64,000 nucleotides of DNA from Blastocatellia bacterium (GTDB lineage: Bacteria > Acidobacteriota > Blastocatellia > UBA7656), in the NCBI GenBank assembly GCA_963765495.1, contig CAVXWP010000014.1:54952-118951 (forward strand), in the 5' to 3' direction. Below the pieces are notes generated by a model. That model ran no database searches. It worked only from the letters and a program-made list of their open reading frames with translations, and was not told where the DNA came from. The translations under genes and the position numbers were made by a program. Within the stretch, counting starts at the first letter, position 1, and each line of letters opens with the position of its first letter. Below, one piece after another: positions 39,274-48,638 of the stretch.

Positions 39274-40206
39274 TTAATTTTGAGCCGGGGGCGCGCCGAC
39301 CCTTGTGTAGAGAGCCTGGCCGAGACGCACAAACGGGCCTCCGTCTTCCGATAGATCTTCGACCACGGTGAATGAATGCGCGGCGACTACGTTTATGGTT
39401 CTTTTCAACTGAAGCGTCTGCCCCTTTATCTTTACGGGCTCGACCGCAAAACGAATCGAGATGGGTATGCGCCAATCGCCTTTGCTTTGAAGCAGGATGC
39501 CGTTGCTCAATTTCTCGCTGACCGTGAGCATCTTGTTCGCCTCATCAAAAGTTATGACGGCGCTCTCTTGATAAGCCCCCGCGTCGGTCTTACCTGAAAT
39601 CCTTGCGTCAAGCGATTTGCCGTCCGCGCTTTTTGTGAAAACGACCGTCCCTTCTCTCGGAGCCGACCCGAGCGCGCTTTCGCGGCCCAGATATTTGAAG
39701 TTCCACGTTCCGGCAAAATAATCGAGCGACTGCTCCTGTTTGGGCTGCTCGACGCGCTGCCTTCGTTGAGGCGCGCTTTGCTGTTGGGGCTGGGCCTGAG
39801 CGTGCGCGGCGGCGGTCTTTTCATCGACTCGCTTCAAATCATAATTGAACGTAAAGGTTTGACCTCCGAAATCGACCGAGCCTTCGCCCTTTAGCGACTC
39901 GGCCTCAAGCTCGAAGGCGAAATTTAGCGTGATGCCCCCCTGCGGAGTCTCTACCATAGCGATTGCTGTAATATTGTTGCCTTCGATTTTTATATCTTTA
40001 AGAAGGATTTCATCGCCCCGCATACCGGAAGTGGCTCCGCTATAGCCTTCGCCTTCCTTTTTGAAAGTGATGTAGGTATCGCGCTCGCCCTGAGCCGACT
40101 TAACTTTGCCTTCCCACCGACCCTCAAGCTTATCCTGCTGGGCCAGGGCCACAAAAAAGAGTTGAACGGTTATGATTGCTCCAAAAAAGATCAACAGGCG
40201 TCGCAT
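39274..40206 (-). CDS. Secreted two-domain beta-barrel hypothetical protein
   Basis: Signal peptide; two G.W.-initiated domains joined by a Gln/Ala linker. Confidence 0.7.
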   Translation of the reverse strand: MRRLLIFFGAIITVQLFFVALAQQDKLEGRWEGKVKSAQGERDTYITFKKEGEGYSGATSGMRGDEILLKDIKIEGNNITAIAMVETPQGGITLNFAFELEAESLKGEGSVDFGGQTFTFNYDLKRVDEKTAAAHAQAQPQQQSAPQRRQRVEQPKQEQSLDYFAGTWNFKYLGRESALGSAPREGTVVFTKSADGKSLDARISGKTDAGAYQESAVITFDEANKMLTVSEKLSNGILLQSKGDWRIPISIRFAVEPVKIKGQTLQLKRTINVVAAHSFTVVEDLSEDGGPFVRLGQALYTRVGAPPAQN

Positions 40207-40292
40207 CGTTTTCCTCCCTGTACGGTAGACCGGGGGCCGAAAGGCCGCGAAAAAAATTCTCAACCTGCGCGGCCCCCAAAAACCGTATGACT

Positions 40293-41618
40293 TTATTTGG
40301 TTGCCGTGACATCGCGCAAATTCTGGCTGTCGAGCGTGTAATCAAACCAGCCGATCATCATCTCTTCCCATGTTTGATCGCCCCATCGCACTTCCTTCGA
40401 CGGGTCCGGGTTGAACCTGTTACCAGACGAATTGTCGTGATGAGCTACGCATTCCAGCCGGCTGCCTTTCGGGGCCGCGAGCGGTTCCTTCAACCAGTAA
40501 TTCAACTGCCAGTTGAAATCATACTTTGGCACATTGAGCACGATCTTTGATGTGCCGTCGGGGTAAACCAGCTTGTACTCAAAGTCTTTGCCGCGAAGGT
40601 GCATGTGCGGCATGAAGCCCCAGATGTGACTGTCTTCGGTAAAGGTGAATGAGGCGTGGGATTCATAGTTGGCCTCGCCCGGTGGGATGATCAGATTATG
40701 AGACGATGCGGCTGATGTAAGAAACCGCTTCTCAACCGGCCCCTGAGCAAACTTCAAGCCTACGCTTGTGCGATCCTTTCCCTCCACGCCGTTTGTAGTG
40801 TAATGCATCTGGAAGACGAGCGCGGAGCCTTTCTTGACGAGTTTGGCGATACCCGGTTTTAAGATGAGCGGGCTCATGCCGGGAGCCCAGCCTACGAGCA
40901 ATGCGTCGCGGACGCCTTCACGGCTGCCTCCTGCTCGGGCTCTTCCCCGATTCTCTCCGAGCCCGCCGGTATTGAAACGCAACGGGCCTTCGGGTGGCAC
41001 CTTACCGTCTGCTCCGGGTTCGATCACGTTGATAATAACGTGATGCACAAGCGCCGGATTGCCGCGCTTGATCTCGGCGGCCTGAATATATTTGTCTTCG
41101 GTGAAGTTTGTATGCACTACGAAGTACTGATAATCGATGGTGCCCTCGGACGGGACGCTGTACTCTTCCGATATCGGGAGCACGACATCAGGCTTGCCGA
41201 TGCTCCAGCCCTCTTGTCTGAGCTTTGGAGTCGGGGGCAAATCCTTGGCATCGCCTTCCTTTGCGCCCTGGTCTACCCAGGCGACAATCGTATCAATATC
41301 TTTTTGCGACAATCGGCGCGAGTTGACAAACTCGCCGTGATTCGGGTCGGCATACCAGGGCGGCATGACTCGATTGATAACGACTTCGCGAATGGATTTG
41401 GCCCACGGCCTGACCTGTTTGAAATTGAGAAGTGCCATCGGCGCGGTTTCGCCCGGCTGATGACATACGGCGCAGTTATTGAAGATGATCGGAGCCACGT
41501 CCTTTGAGAACGTCACCGACGGGGCTGTTTTATCATCGGCGCGGCCTACTCCCTGTATAAGGAAAAAACCAGCCATCGCAAGACTCAATACAAAGGAAAA
41601 AGCATAGCCTCGTTTCAT
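40293..41618 (-). CDS. Cytochrome c domain plus copper type II ascorbate-dependent monooxygenase-like domain
   Basis: CAVCH heme motif, MPPW, VHH, FQMHY, PHMHLRG, WEEMMIG. Confidence 0.82.
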   Translation of the reverse strand: MKRGYAFSFVLSLAMAGFFLIQGVGRADDKTAPSVTFSKDVAPIIFNNCAVCHQPGETAPMALLNFKQVRPWAKSIREVVINRVMPPWYADPNHGEFVNSRRLSQKDIDTIVAWVDQGAKEGDAKDLPPTPKLRQEGWSIGKPDVVLPISEEYSVPSEGTIDYQYFVVHTNFTEDKYIQAAEIKRGNPALVHHVIINVIEPGADGKVPPEGPLRFNTGGLGENRGRARAGGSREGVRDALLVGWAPGMSPLILKPGIAKLVKKGSALVFQMHYTTNGVEGKDRTSVGLKFAQGPVEKRFLTSAASSHNLIIPPGEANYESHASFTFTEDSHIWGFMPHMHLRGKDFEYKLVYPDGTSKIVLNVPKYDFNWQLNYWLKEPLAAPKGSRLECVAHHDNSSGNRFNPDPSKEVRWGDQTWEEMMIGWFDYTLDSQNLRDVTATK

Positions 41619-41886
41619 AGAACTCTCCTCGTTTGAGAAAAACATGTTAATACGGTTGACTGCCGGGTTTCGCGCTAACGGCTGGTGATACAGTAAGCCG
41701 CGCACCGTCAATGACGCTAGATTCCGCATCACAGTTACAAGCTTTTTGCCGGAGCAGGGAAATACTTTAGCCGTTTGCTCTCAGAGCGTGACAATTATAT
41801 GCGAAAAGGGGATAAAGAAAAGCCTAAAGCGGGGGCCAGGGGCCGGGGGCCGGGGGCCAGTGCTCTGCGCCATTGCGTAACATCAG

Positions 41887-42396
41887 CTAATAAAACAGGT
41901 ATTTTCGCCACGTTTTATCCGCCCTGCCCAGATAGCGAATTATTTGACGATTCACATGCAGGTTATACCCTTGCGGGCGTTTGATGAGTTTCATCGGTAT
42001 TTCTTCGGGCAGACGGTCGCCTTTGCGGTTGTTGCAGGCGCGGCAACAGGTGACCAGATTATCCCAGGTAGAGTCTCCGCCGCGAGAACGGGGATGGATG
42101 TGATCCAGGGTCAACTCCTGCGGCGTGAAAACCAGCCCGCAATACTGGCAGGTGTTGTGATCGCGCAAGAGAATGTTCTTGCGCGACAGGCTCTTTCGCT
42201 CAAACGGGATGTGGATGTATTCGACCAGCCTTATCACAGACGGCATAGGCATCGAAAATCGCGCCGAGTGCAGCCACTGCGAAGAACTCTCTTCGGCGTG
42301 CGCTACACCCTTGAGAATAAGCACGACGGCGCGACGTGCCGTACAGACATTGATAGGTTCGAAGGATGCGTTGAGAACTAAAACGCGTGTATTCAT
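41887..42396 (-). CDS. HNH endonuclease
   Basis: [40 protein letters not shown]. Confidence 0.93.
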   Translation of the reverse strand: MNTRVLVLNASFEPINVCTARRAVVLILKGVAHAEESSSQWLHSARFSMPMPSVIRLVEYIHIPFERKSLSRKNILLRDHNTCQYCGLVFTPQELTLDHIHPRSRGGDSTWDNLVTCCRACNNRKGDRLPEEIPMKLIKRPQGYNLHVNRQIIRYLGRADKTWRKYLFY

Positions 42397-42447
42397 CCTG
42401 AAATCAGAATATAACTTGAAGCGCAAAATTCTGTCAAAACCTGTCTG

Positions 42448-43890
42448 CTAATCCTTTGGCACCGGAGGCGGCCCGGCGGGGATATAAGGTTTGTAGACCG
42501 CTCCCCCGGCTTTCTGTTTGAACTCGGCCTGTATCGCCTCTCGGGCCTCACGGTCTTCAAACAGATCCACCATAGTAGCGGCCAGCGCCTTTGCCGCCTG
42601 CTCTAACCCTTTGTGCCCGATTGACATCCCGCCGCAGGCGACTACGGGCCACGCGTGCCAGGGTGAATCAGTCGGGGCTGTAGTCACAGACAAATGCAGC
42701 GTAGGAACTATCCAGCTTACATCGGCGACATCGGTAGAGCCGCCCGGCGGATCGGGTTTCTGCTCTTCAAGCGGCTGGATTGAGCCGTCCAGTCCTTTTG
42801 GCTCAACGCCCGTAGCGCGCTGAATCTGGCGGGCAAATTCCTGTTCCTCTTCCGTGTATTTGATCGGGCCAAGCCATTCCAGATTTGCGTGGATAAGCTT
42901 CGCCCCGTTTATGTTCACAAGCATCTCGTAATCGCCTGCCTGGACCGTCAGCGTAGATTCGACTCCGGCCATAAGCGCCGCGCCTTCGGCTATCTTGCGA
43001 ACGCGGCTCAGAACCCCATCCACTCCCGCGCGATTCGAATCCCTCACCCAGCACCAGAGCTTTGCGTATTCGGGCACAACGTTTGGCACATCGCCGCCGT
43101 TTTGTATGACGTAGTGCATTCTCACGGACGGTTTTACGTGTTCGCGCAGCATATTGAGGCCGTGAGTGAAAAGTTCGAGCCCGTCGAGCGCGCTTCGCCC
43201 GTTCCAGGGGTCGAAGGCCGCGTGCGCGGCCTTGCCTCGGAACTCGACTATGAAATCCACAATCGCCTGCGAGCTTTGCGTGTCGGCGCGAGTCTCGCTG
43301 TCGGGATGCCACGCGAGCGCCACGTCGAGGTCGTTAAACAACCCGTCGCGGGCCATATAAACTTTGCCGCCGACCGATTCTTCGGCGGGCGTGCCATAGA
43401 ATCGAATCGTCCCTTTGAGCTTTCCTGCGGCGATCAACTCCTTGATTGCGAGGGCGGCCCCGAGGCTCGCCGCGCCAAACAGATTGTGCCCGCATCCGTG
43501 GCCCGGCGCGCCCGGCTTGAGGGCTTCTCTTTCGGGCGCGGCTTTTTGCGAGATGCCGGGCAGAGCATCGTACTCACCGAGAATGCCTATTATGGGGCGG
43601 CCCTCTCCATATGTCGCGATGAATGCCGTGGGCATAGCCGCCACTCCGCGCTCGACCTTGAATCCCTGCTTTTCGGCATAGTCGGCCAGCACCTTTGACG
43701 ACCGCGTTTCGCGAAGGGCGGTTTCGGCAAACCCCCAGATTTGATCGCTCAGATTTGTAAGCTCGTCTTTGTGTTTCTCAATTGAGGCGACCGCCTCTTC
43801 TTTTTTCTTTATGTCAGACCGGGCATTCGACACCGGATGAATCAAAGCTAAAACGAGCATTAGCGCAACACTACGCAAAACGAGTTTCAT
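42448..43890 (-). CDS. M20 amidohydrolase, AbgB-like, with signal peptide
   Basis: EYDALPG, GHGCGHN, TPAEE, GRSALD, GSTDVADVSW, HAW. Confidence 0.88.
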   Translation of the reverse strand: MKLVLRSVALMLVLALIHPVSNARSDIKKKEEAVASIEKHKDELTNLSDQIWGFAETALRETRSSKVLADYAEKQGFKVERGVAAMPTAFIATYGEGRPIIGILGEYDALPGISQKAAPEREALKPGAPGHGCGHNLFGAASLGAALAIKELIAAGKLKGTIRFYGTPAEESVGGKVYMARDGLFNDLDVALAWHPDSETRADTQSSQAIVDFIVEFRGKAAHAAFDPWNGRSALDGLELFTHGLNMLREHVKPSVRMHYVIQNGGDVPNVVPEYAKLWCWVRDSNRAGVDGVLSRVRKIAEGAALMAGVESTLTVQAGDYEMLVNINGAKLIHANLEWLGPIKYTEEEQEFARQIQRATGVEPKGLDGSIQPLEEQKPDPPGGSTDVADVSWIVPTLHLSVTTAPTDSPWHAWPVVACGGMSIGHKGLEQAAKALAATMVDLFEDREAREAIQAEFKQKAGGAVYKPYIPAGPPPVPKD

Positions 43891-43922
43891 AGTTACATTC
43901 TCCGTGCCTGATAAATGAAGAG

Positions 43923-44252
43923 TTATTTCCGGGACTTGTCGGCGCTGCACTCGGCGCAGGGGCAAATCTCGCGCAGCCGGGTCCAGGTATATATTCCGTC
44001 GTCGTGATAATCGCTGAAAACGAATTTGATGCCGTAGCGGCCTACGTGTTCGGCGCTCAACACGGTTATATCTTCCGGCACCGAACCGGGATCGAGTATT
44101 CGCCTGCCCGTAATCTCGCTGACACAGCCCGCACACGAGCATTCAACACGCAGATACTTAGTCGTAAATACGCTGATGTGCCCGTCGTCCCAACTGACTG
44201 TGATCTCGTGAGGCGCGGTCTTTTTTATCTCAAGCGGTAATGGTACTGGCAT
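43923..44252 (-). CDS. DUF971 / GBBH-like N-terminal domain protein
   Basis: WDDGH, LRVECSCAGC, VGRYGI...FSD.HDDGIY.W. Confidence 0.88.
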   Translation of the reverse strand: MPVPLPLEIKKTAPHEITVSWDDGHISVFTTKYLRVECSCAGCVSEITGRRILDPGSVPEDITVLSAEHVGRYGIKFVFSDYHDDGIYTWTRLREICPCAECSADKSRK

Positions 44253-44377
44253 TGGCAACCTTTGGTCGGGGGCCGGGGGCCGGTGCTTTCAGGTCAAAAT
44301 CCTGATGGCAAAAGACGGCAATAATAAAGTCGCGCTCTGACATCAAGCTTCTGCTATCGAATACCGGCCCCCGGCCC

Positions 44378-45157
44378 CTATTTGTGTTTCCACCGGGGAG
44401 GGCGTTTTGCGATAAATGCTTCGACGCCTTCCTGCGGGTCTTTATAAGTCATCAACTGATTCAGGTAGATGTCTTCGGCGCGCTTGAGCCCATCCTCAAA
44501 TGTGAGGCCGCCCGCTTGAACGATTGCGCGGCGGCTCATCTCAAGGGCGGGCGCGCTCAGTTGCCGGAGCGTGTGCAGAACCTCTTCGGCCTTTGATTCA
44601 AGGTCGCTATCTGCTACTACATAATTGACCAGTCCGAGCGCGAGCGCGGCCTCGGCCGTGAGCAGTTCGCCCGTCAGTATCATCTCTCTGGCCTTCTTTT
44701 CACCGATCACTCTCGGCAACAATACGGATGCGACGGGCGGGAAGACTCCGAGCTTGATTTCAGGCTGGCCGAAACGCGCCGATTGAGAGGCAATCGCGAT
44801 GTCTGAGAAGGCTACAAGCTCGCACCCTCCGCCAAGCGCCGCGCCCGATACGAGAGCGATCACCGGTTTTGAAACCGTGTTCAGCGCGCGAAAAACAGAA
44901 TGGAAAGCATCAAGCATCTGATAGACGGTTTCCGGTCGATGCTCTTCTACGGAGACGCCTGCGGAAAAGGCGTGCGTCTGGGGCGCTGAGGCAAAGACTA
45001 TTGCGCACATGTCCTGCTGTGTGCCGACGCGTTGAACGGCATCGGCCATCTCCTTCATCATCGCGATGGTGAAGACGTTGAGAGGGGGACGCGCAAATGT
45101 CACTCGCGCTACCCGATCAGTTATGCTCACCTGAATTTCTTTGTAGCGGGCTGTCAT
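44378..45157 (-). CDS. Enoyl-CoA hydratase/isomerase, resembles dienoyl-CoA hydratase Dch
   Basis: FSAGVSVEEH, LGGGCEL, GQPEIKLGVFPP. Confidence 0.85.
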   Translation of the reverse strand: MTARYKEIQVSITDRVARVTFARPPLNVFTIAMMKEMADAVQRVGTQQDMCAIVFASAPQTHAFSAGVSVEEHRPETVYQMLDAFHSVFRALNTVSKPVIALVSGAALGGGCELVAFSDIAIASQSARFGQPEIKLGVFPPVASVLLPRVIGEKKAREMILTGELLTAEAALALGLVNYVVADSDLESKAEEVLHTLRQLSAPALEMSRRAIVQAGGLTFEDGLKRAEDIYLNQLMTYKDPQEGVEAFIAKRPPRWKHK

Positions 45158-45262
45158 CTTTTCTCTGATCCGTGATCCGTCGTGCGTGATTCGTGATTCG
45201 TGAAGCGTGAGATTGGATTGTAAAAGGCTTTTGCCTCAAAGTCACGCATCACGCATCGCTTC

Positions 45263-45955
45263 TCAACTCATCTGCTCTAAAGTGTAAGACTCGATTTCTT
45301 CTGAAATCTTCTTTGCCGTCTCGATCAAACTATTCATTTGAACGCGGAGGCGTTCGGCTTCGACGCTGTCTGAAAACATTCCGAGGTTGGCAAATACATT
45401 ATAGGAAGCGCCTTTAACGGCTACTCCGGCCAGTTGCGCGCCCACGGTTATATCGGGCAGCGCGTTTTGATTGCCCGTCGCTTTAAGCTCATCGAGCAGT
45501 TTCAAGACTTCGATTGCGCGCGTGGCTGTTTCAAGCGGAGTGTAGGCGGCAAGGCGTCCGGCCGCTTCTATGTGCTTCTTGCGTTCAGCCTTTTCGTCAT
45601 CGGTCTGTTTGGGAAGGCGATAGGCCGCCATAACCTGTTCAAAGCTTGCCGCGTCTTCGGCTATAAGCTCCGAGAGCCGCGCGCCCAATCGCTCAAGCTC
45701 GCTTCTTATCTCTTTAAGTCGCGGTTCGACCTCCGCGTATTTGGCCTTGCCTATAGTGAGATTGCACATCATACGACCGAGCGCGGCAGCCAGCACGCCG
45801 CAGTCGGCCGCGACGCTGCCCCCTCCCGGTGTGGGCGTATCGGATGCGACAAGCTCCGCGAAATTGCCGATAGAGCCTGCCAGTCTCCTGTCATCTGAGC
45901 TTTGAGCTTTGAGATTCGAGATTTCAGGTTTCAAATCTGAGGTTTCAGGATTCAT
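45263..45955 (-). CDS. Formiminotetrahydrofolate cyclodeaminase (FTCD_C/FchA-like)
   Basis: PTPGGGSVAA, DAASF..VMAAYRLPK, GNQNALPD; overlaps the upstream gene. Confidence 0.88.
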   Translation of the reverse strand: MNPETSDLKPEISNLKAQSSDDRRLAGSIGNFAELVASDTPTPGGGSVAADCGVLAAALGRMMCNLTIGKAKYAEVEPRLKEIRSELERLGARLSELIAEDAASFEQVMAAYRLPKQTDDEKAERKKHIEAAGRLAAYTPLETATRAIEVLKLLDELKATGNQNALPDITVGAQLAGVAVKGASYNVFANLGMFSDSVEAERLRVQMNSLIETAKKISEEIESYTLEQMS

Positions 45956-46872
45956 CCTTCCTCTTCCTCCATCGCCCGGTCGAGTCTGTGTTCGAGTATC
46001 TGATTCTCGCTGAAACTTTCAAGCCGAAGATAAAAATCCGCGACCGCGTTGAGCGCCCCCTGCGGTACGAGGCCCACTATCTCAGAGCCGATCACCGCTA
46101 CTCCGTAACGCTCTGATTCGCGCTTTATCATCTCGAAGACCCGAAACAAGGGCGTGCCCTCGTAGTTGACCATGTTCATTGATACCTGCACAATCCCTCT
46201 GTCCTTCAACTCGAAACCAAGCGCCTTGACGTATCGCAACCCCCCGGAAAGGTGTCTGACGGCCCGGGCAATCTTGTTGGCCACTTCTATATCCGAGGTG
46301 CCGAGATTGACATTATAGGCGATCAGGGGCGGACGCGCTCCAACGGCAGTTATACCCGCCGTCGGATGCAGACCGGCGTCGCCGAAATCAGGCCGCCGCG
46401 CTTCATTTACGGCTATCTCATCGCGTATGCCCTCGAACTGACCCTTACGAACAGCGGCGAGGTTTTCGCGCTCCGGGCGAGACGCGGCTTTCTCGTAAAG
46501 ATAAACGGGTATATTTAACTCGTTCCACATCCGCCGCCCGCACTCGCGGGCAAGCTCGATGCAATCCTCCATAGTCACGCCCACGATGGGCACAAAGGGG
46601 ATGACATCGGTTGCGCCCATTCGAGGATGCTCGCCTGAGTGTTTGTTCAGGTCTATCAATTCTGCCGCTTTTCGGGCCCCAGCAAGCGCCGCATCCACCA
46701 CCACGTCGGGCGAAGCGACGAAGGTTACTACAGATCGGTTGTGATCCTGGTCTGATTCATGATCGAGCAGAACCGCGCCCTTGACCGCCTTTATGGCCGC
46801 GACTATCTCGTTGATTACTTCTGTGCGACGGCCCTCGCTGAAGTTTGGTATGCATTCTACTAGTTTTCTCAT
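45952..46872 (-). CDS. ftcd: Glutamate formimidoyltransferase
   Basis: ECIPNFSEGR, DHNRSV, HPRMGATDVIPF, HPTAG, GSEIVGLVP. Confidence 0.93.
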   Translation of the reverse strand: MRKLVECIPNFSEGRRTEVINEIVAAIKAVKGAVLLDHESDQDHNRSVVTFVASPDVVVDAALAGARKAAELIDLNKHSGEHPRMGATDVIPFVPIVGVTMEDCIELARECGRRMWNELNIPVYLYEKAASRPERENLAAVRKGQFEGIRDEIAVNEARRPDFGDAGLHPTAGITAVGARPPLIAYNVNLGTSDIEVANKIARAVRHLSGGLRYVKALGFELKDRGIVQVSMNMVNYEGTPLFRVFEMIKRESERYGVAVIGSEIVGLVPQGALNAVADFYLRLESFSENQILEHRLDRAMEEEEG

Positions 46873-47471
46873 GTCGTTTTATTTGCGAAATGTAAACGAG
46901 CGGGAACCAAAAGGCTGAACGCGAGATAGCCTCCATAGCCCGTTCGCCTGATGAAGACAACACAAATCCGGTTCGAGCAAGTGACCTTGCCACCAAATCC
47001 TACCCGATTCGGCTGCCGCCCGCAATGGAGTCAATACGGGCGACAAACATAATTCCCCGGTCAGGCTACGTGACTCTCTCCTATGCGTTCCCCTATTATC
47101 AATCGAATGCCGCCCATATCGAATAAGCTCTTTCTATTTAAGATTTAGAGCGGGTTCCCAACCCGCACGTGTCAAAATGACCGGGTAAGAGCCATCCTGC
47201 CATCGCCTGAGTCATTTAGTCGCCCTCTCTTGCATACATTGCTCGTGTTTTGTGTCAAAAACTGAATTTCTGGCTTTGGTCTGGATTTCAGGAGGAATCG
47301 CAGATTCGAATTATTTGCGGCAATAAAAGGGCTTACAGCAATAAATTTGATATAGCTTTTATTCCCCGATTGAGGTATGCTACTTGCTCTTTGCTTAACA
47401 AGTTCTAGATGAATTAGTTCCAAACAAATTATTCAGGTTGATGTTATTTTTGCGGACATAGAACTGTTTTT

Positions 47472-48497
47472 ATGAAAATTGCCAAAAAGGTAAAAAGACA
47501 CTATCGCGAGTTTGAATTTCTAGCCAAGGGTCTTCTTTCAACAGATCATCCTATACTCGTTCACCTCATCCCGATGCGACGTTGCAATCTTTCCTGCACC
47601 TATTGCAACGAGTTCGATGATTTTTCGAAGCCGGTTGCTTTGGAGGAGATGTTCCGGCGAGTAGACAAGCTGGCCGAGCTTGGCACGACAGCCATCACGA
47701 TCAGCGGCGGCGAGCCTCTGCTGCACCCGGACCTTGAAAAGATAATTACCCGCATCAGAAAGCATGGAATCCTGACCGGGCTTATCTCAAACGGCTATTT
47801 GATGACGCGCGAGCGCATAGGCCGTCTCAATAAGGCCGGGCTCGAATACCTGCAGATCAGCATAGATAATGTTCAGCCTGATGATGTATCAAAGAAGAGC
47901 CTCAAGGTGCTTGACAAGAAGCTCGTCTGGCTTGCCGAGCTTGCCGAGTTCAATGTCAACATCAATTCCGTTATCGGCGGTGGGATCAAGACTCCCGAAG
48001 ACGCGCTCGTAATAGGGCGAAGGGCAGTCGAACTGGGATTTTCCACATCGCTTGGAGTCATTCACGACGGACTCGGCACGCTTAAACCACTAAAGGGTAT
48101 CGAGCGGGAAGTCTACGTCAAGATGAAAGACCTGGGCAAAAAGAGCTACGCCCGGATGAATCAGTTTCAGCAAAATCTGGTAGACGGCAAGCCCAATGAA
48201 TGGCGTTGCCGGTCCGGCGCTCGTTATCTTTATGTTTGCGAAGAGGGGCTGGTGCATTATTGTTCGCAGCAGCGCGGATACCCGGCGATACCTCTTGCAG
48301 AGTACACAAAAGAGCATATCCGCAAAGAGTATCTGACAAAGAAAGCCTGCGCGGATTATTGCACGGTTGCCTGCGTAAATCAGGTGGCGATGTTTGACAA
48401 CTGGCGCGACCCGCAGACGCTGGGGGTAAAAGGCGCGGTGCGGCGCGAAGCCGTGCAGGCCATACAGCAGTTGTACCAGATCGAACAGACTGAATAG
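47472..48497 (+). CDS. Radical SAM protein with a C-terminal Cys-rich (SPASM/twitch-like) domain; HpnH-like
   Basis: [23 protein letters not shown]...YCS...CADYCTVAC. Confidence 0.85.
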   Translation: MKIAKKVKRHYREFEFLAKGLLSTDHPILVHLIPMRRCNLSCTYCNEFDDFSKPVALEEMFRRVDKLAELGTTAITISGGEPLLHPDLEKIITRIRKHGILTGLISNGYLMTRERIGRLNKAGLEYLQISIDNVQPDDVSKKSLKVLDKKLVWLAELAEFNVNINSVIGGGIKTPEDALVIGRRAVELGFSTSLGVIHDGLGTLKPLKGIEREVYVKMKDLGKKSYARMNQFQQNLVDGKPNEWRCRSGARYLYVCEEGLVHYCSQQRGYPAIPLAEYTKEHIRKEYLTKKACADYCTVACVNQVAMFDNWRDPQTLGVKGAVRREAVQAIQQLYQIEQTE

Positions 48498-48638
48498 GAA
48501 TTTTAAATGGACCAAGCCGCAAGAAGCGTCAGGCGTCGATTTTCCGCCGGGCGGGCGGCAACGGAGTTATACATCAGATTCAGCGAAGATGAAGCGAGGT
48601 CTTTATGAGCTTCGCCGTAGACTAGGAGATAAGAAATT

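Noticed and set aside
43891-44142. Extended start of the AbgB-like ORF overlapping DUF971
   Set aside because: The signal peptide begins at ATG 43890; the extension is an off-frame shadow of DUF971.
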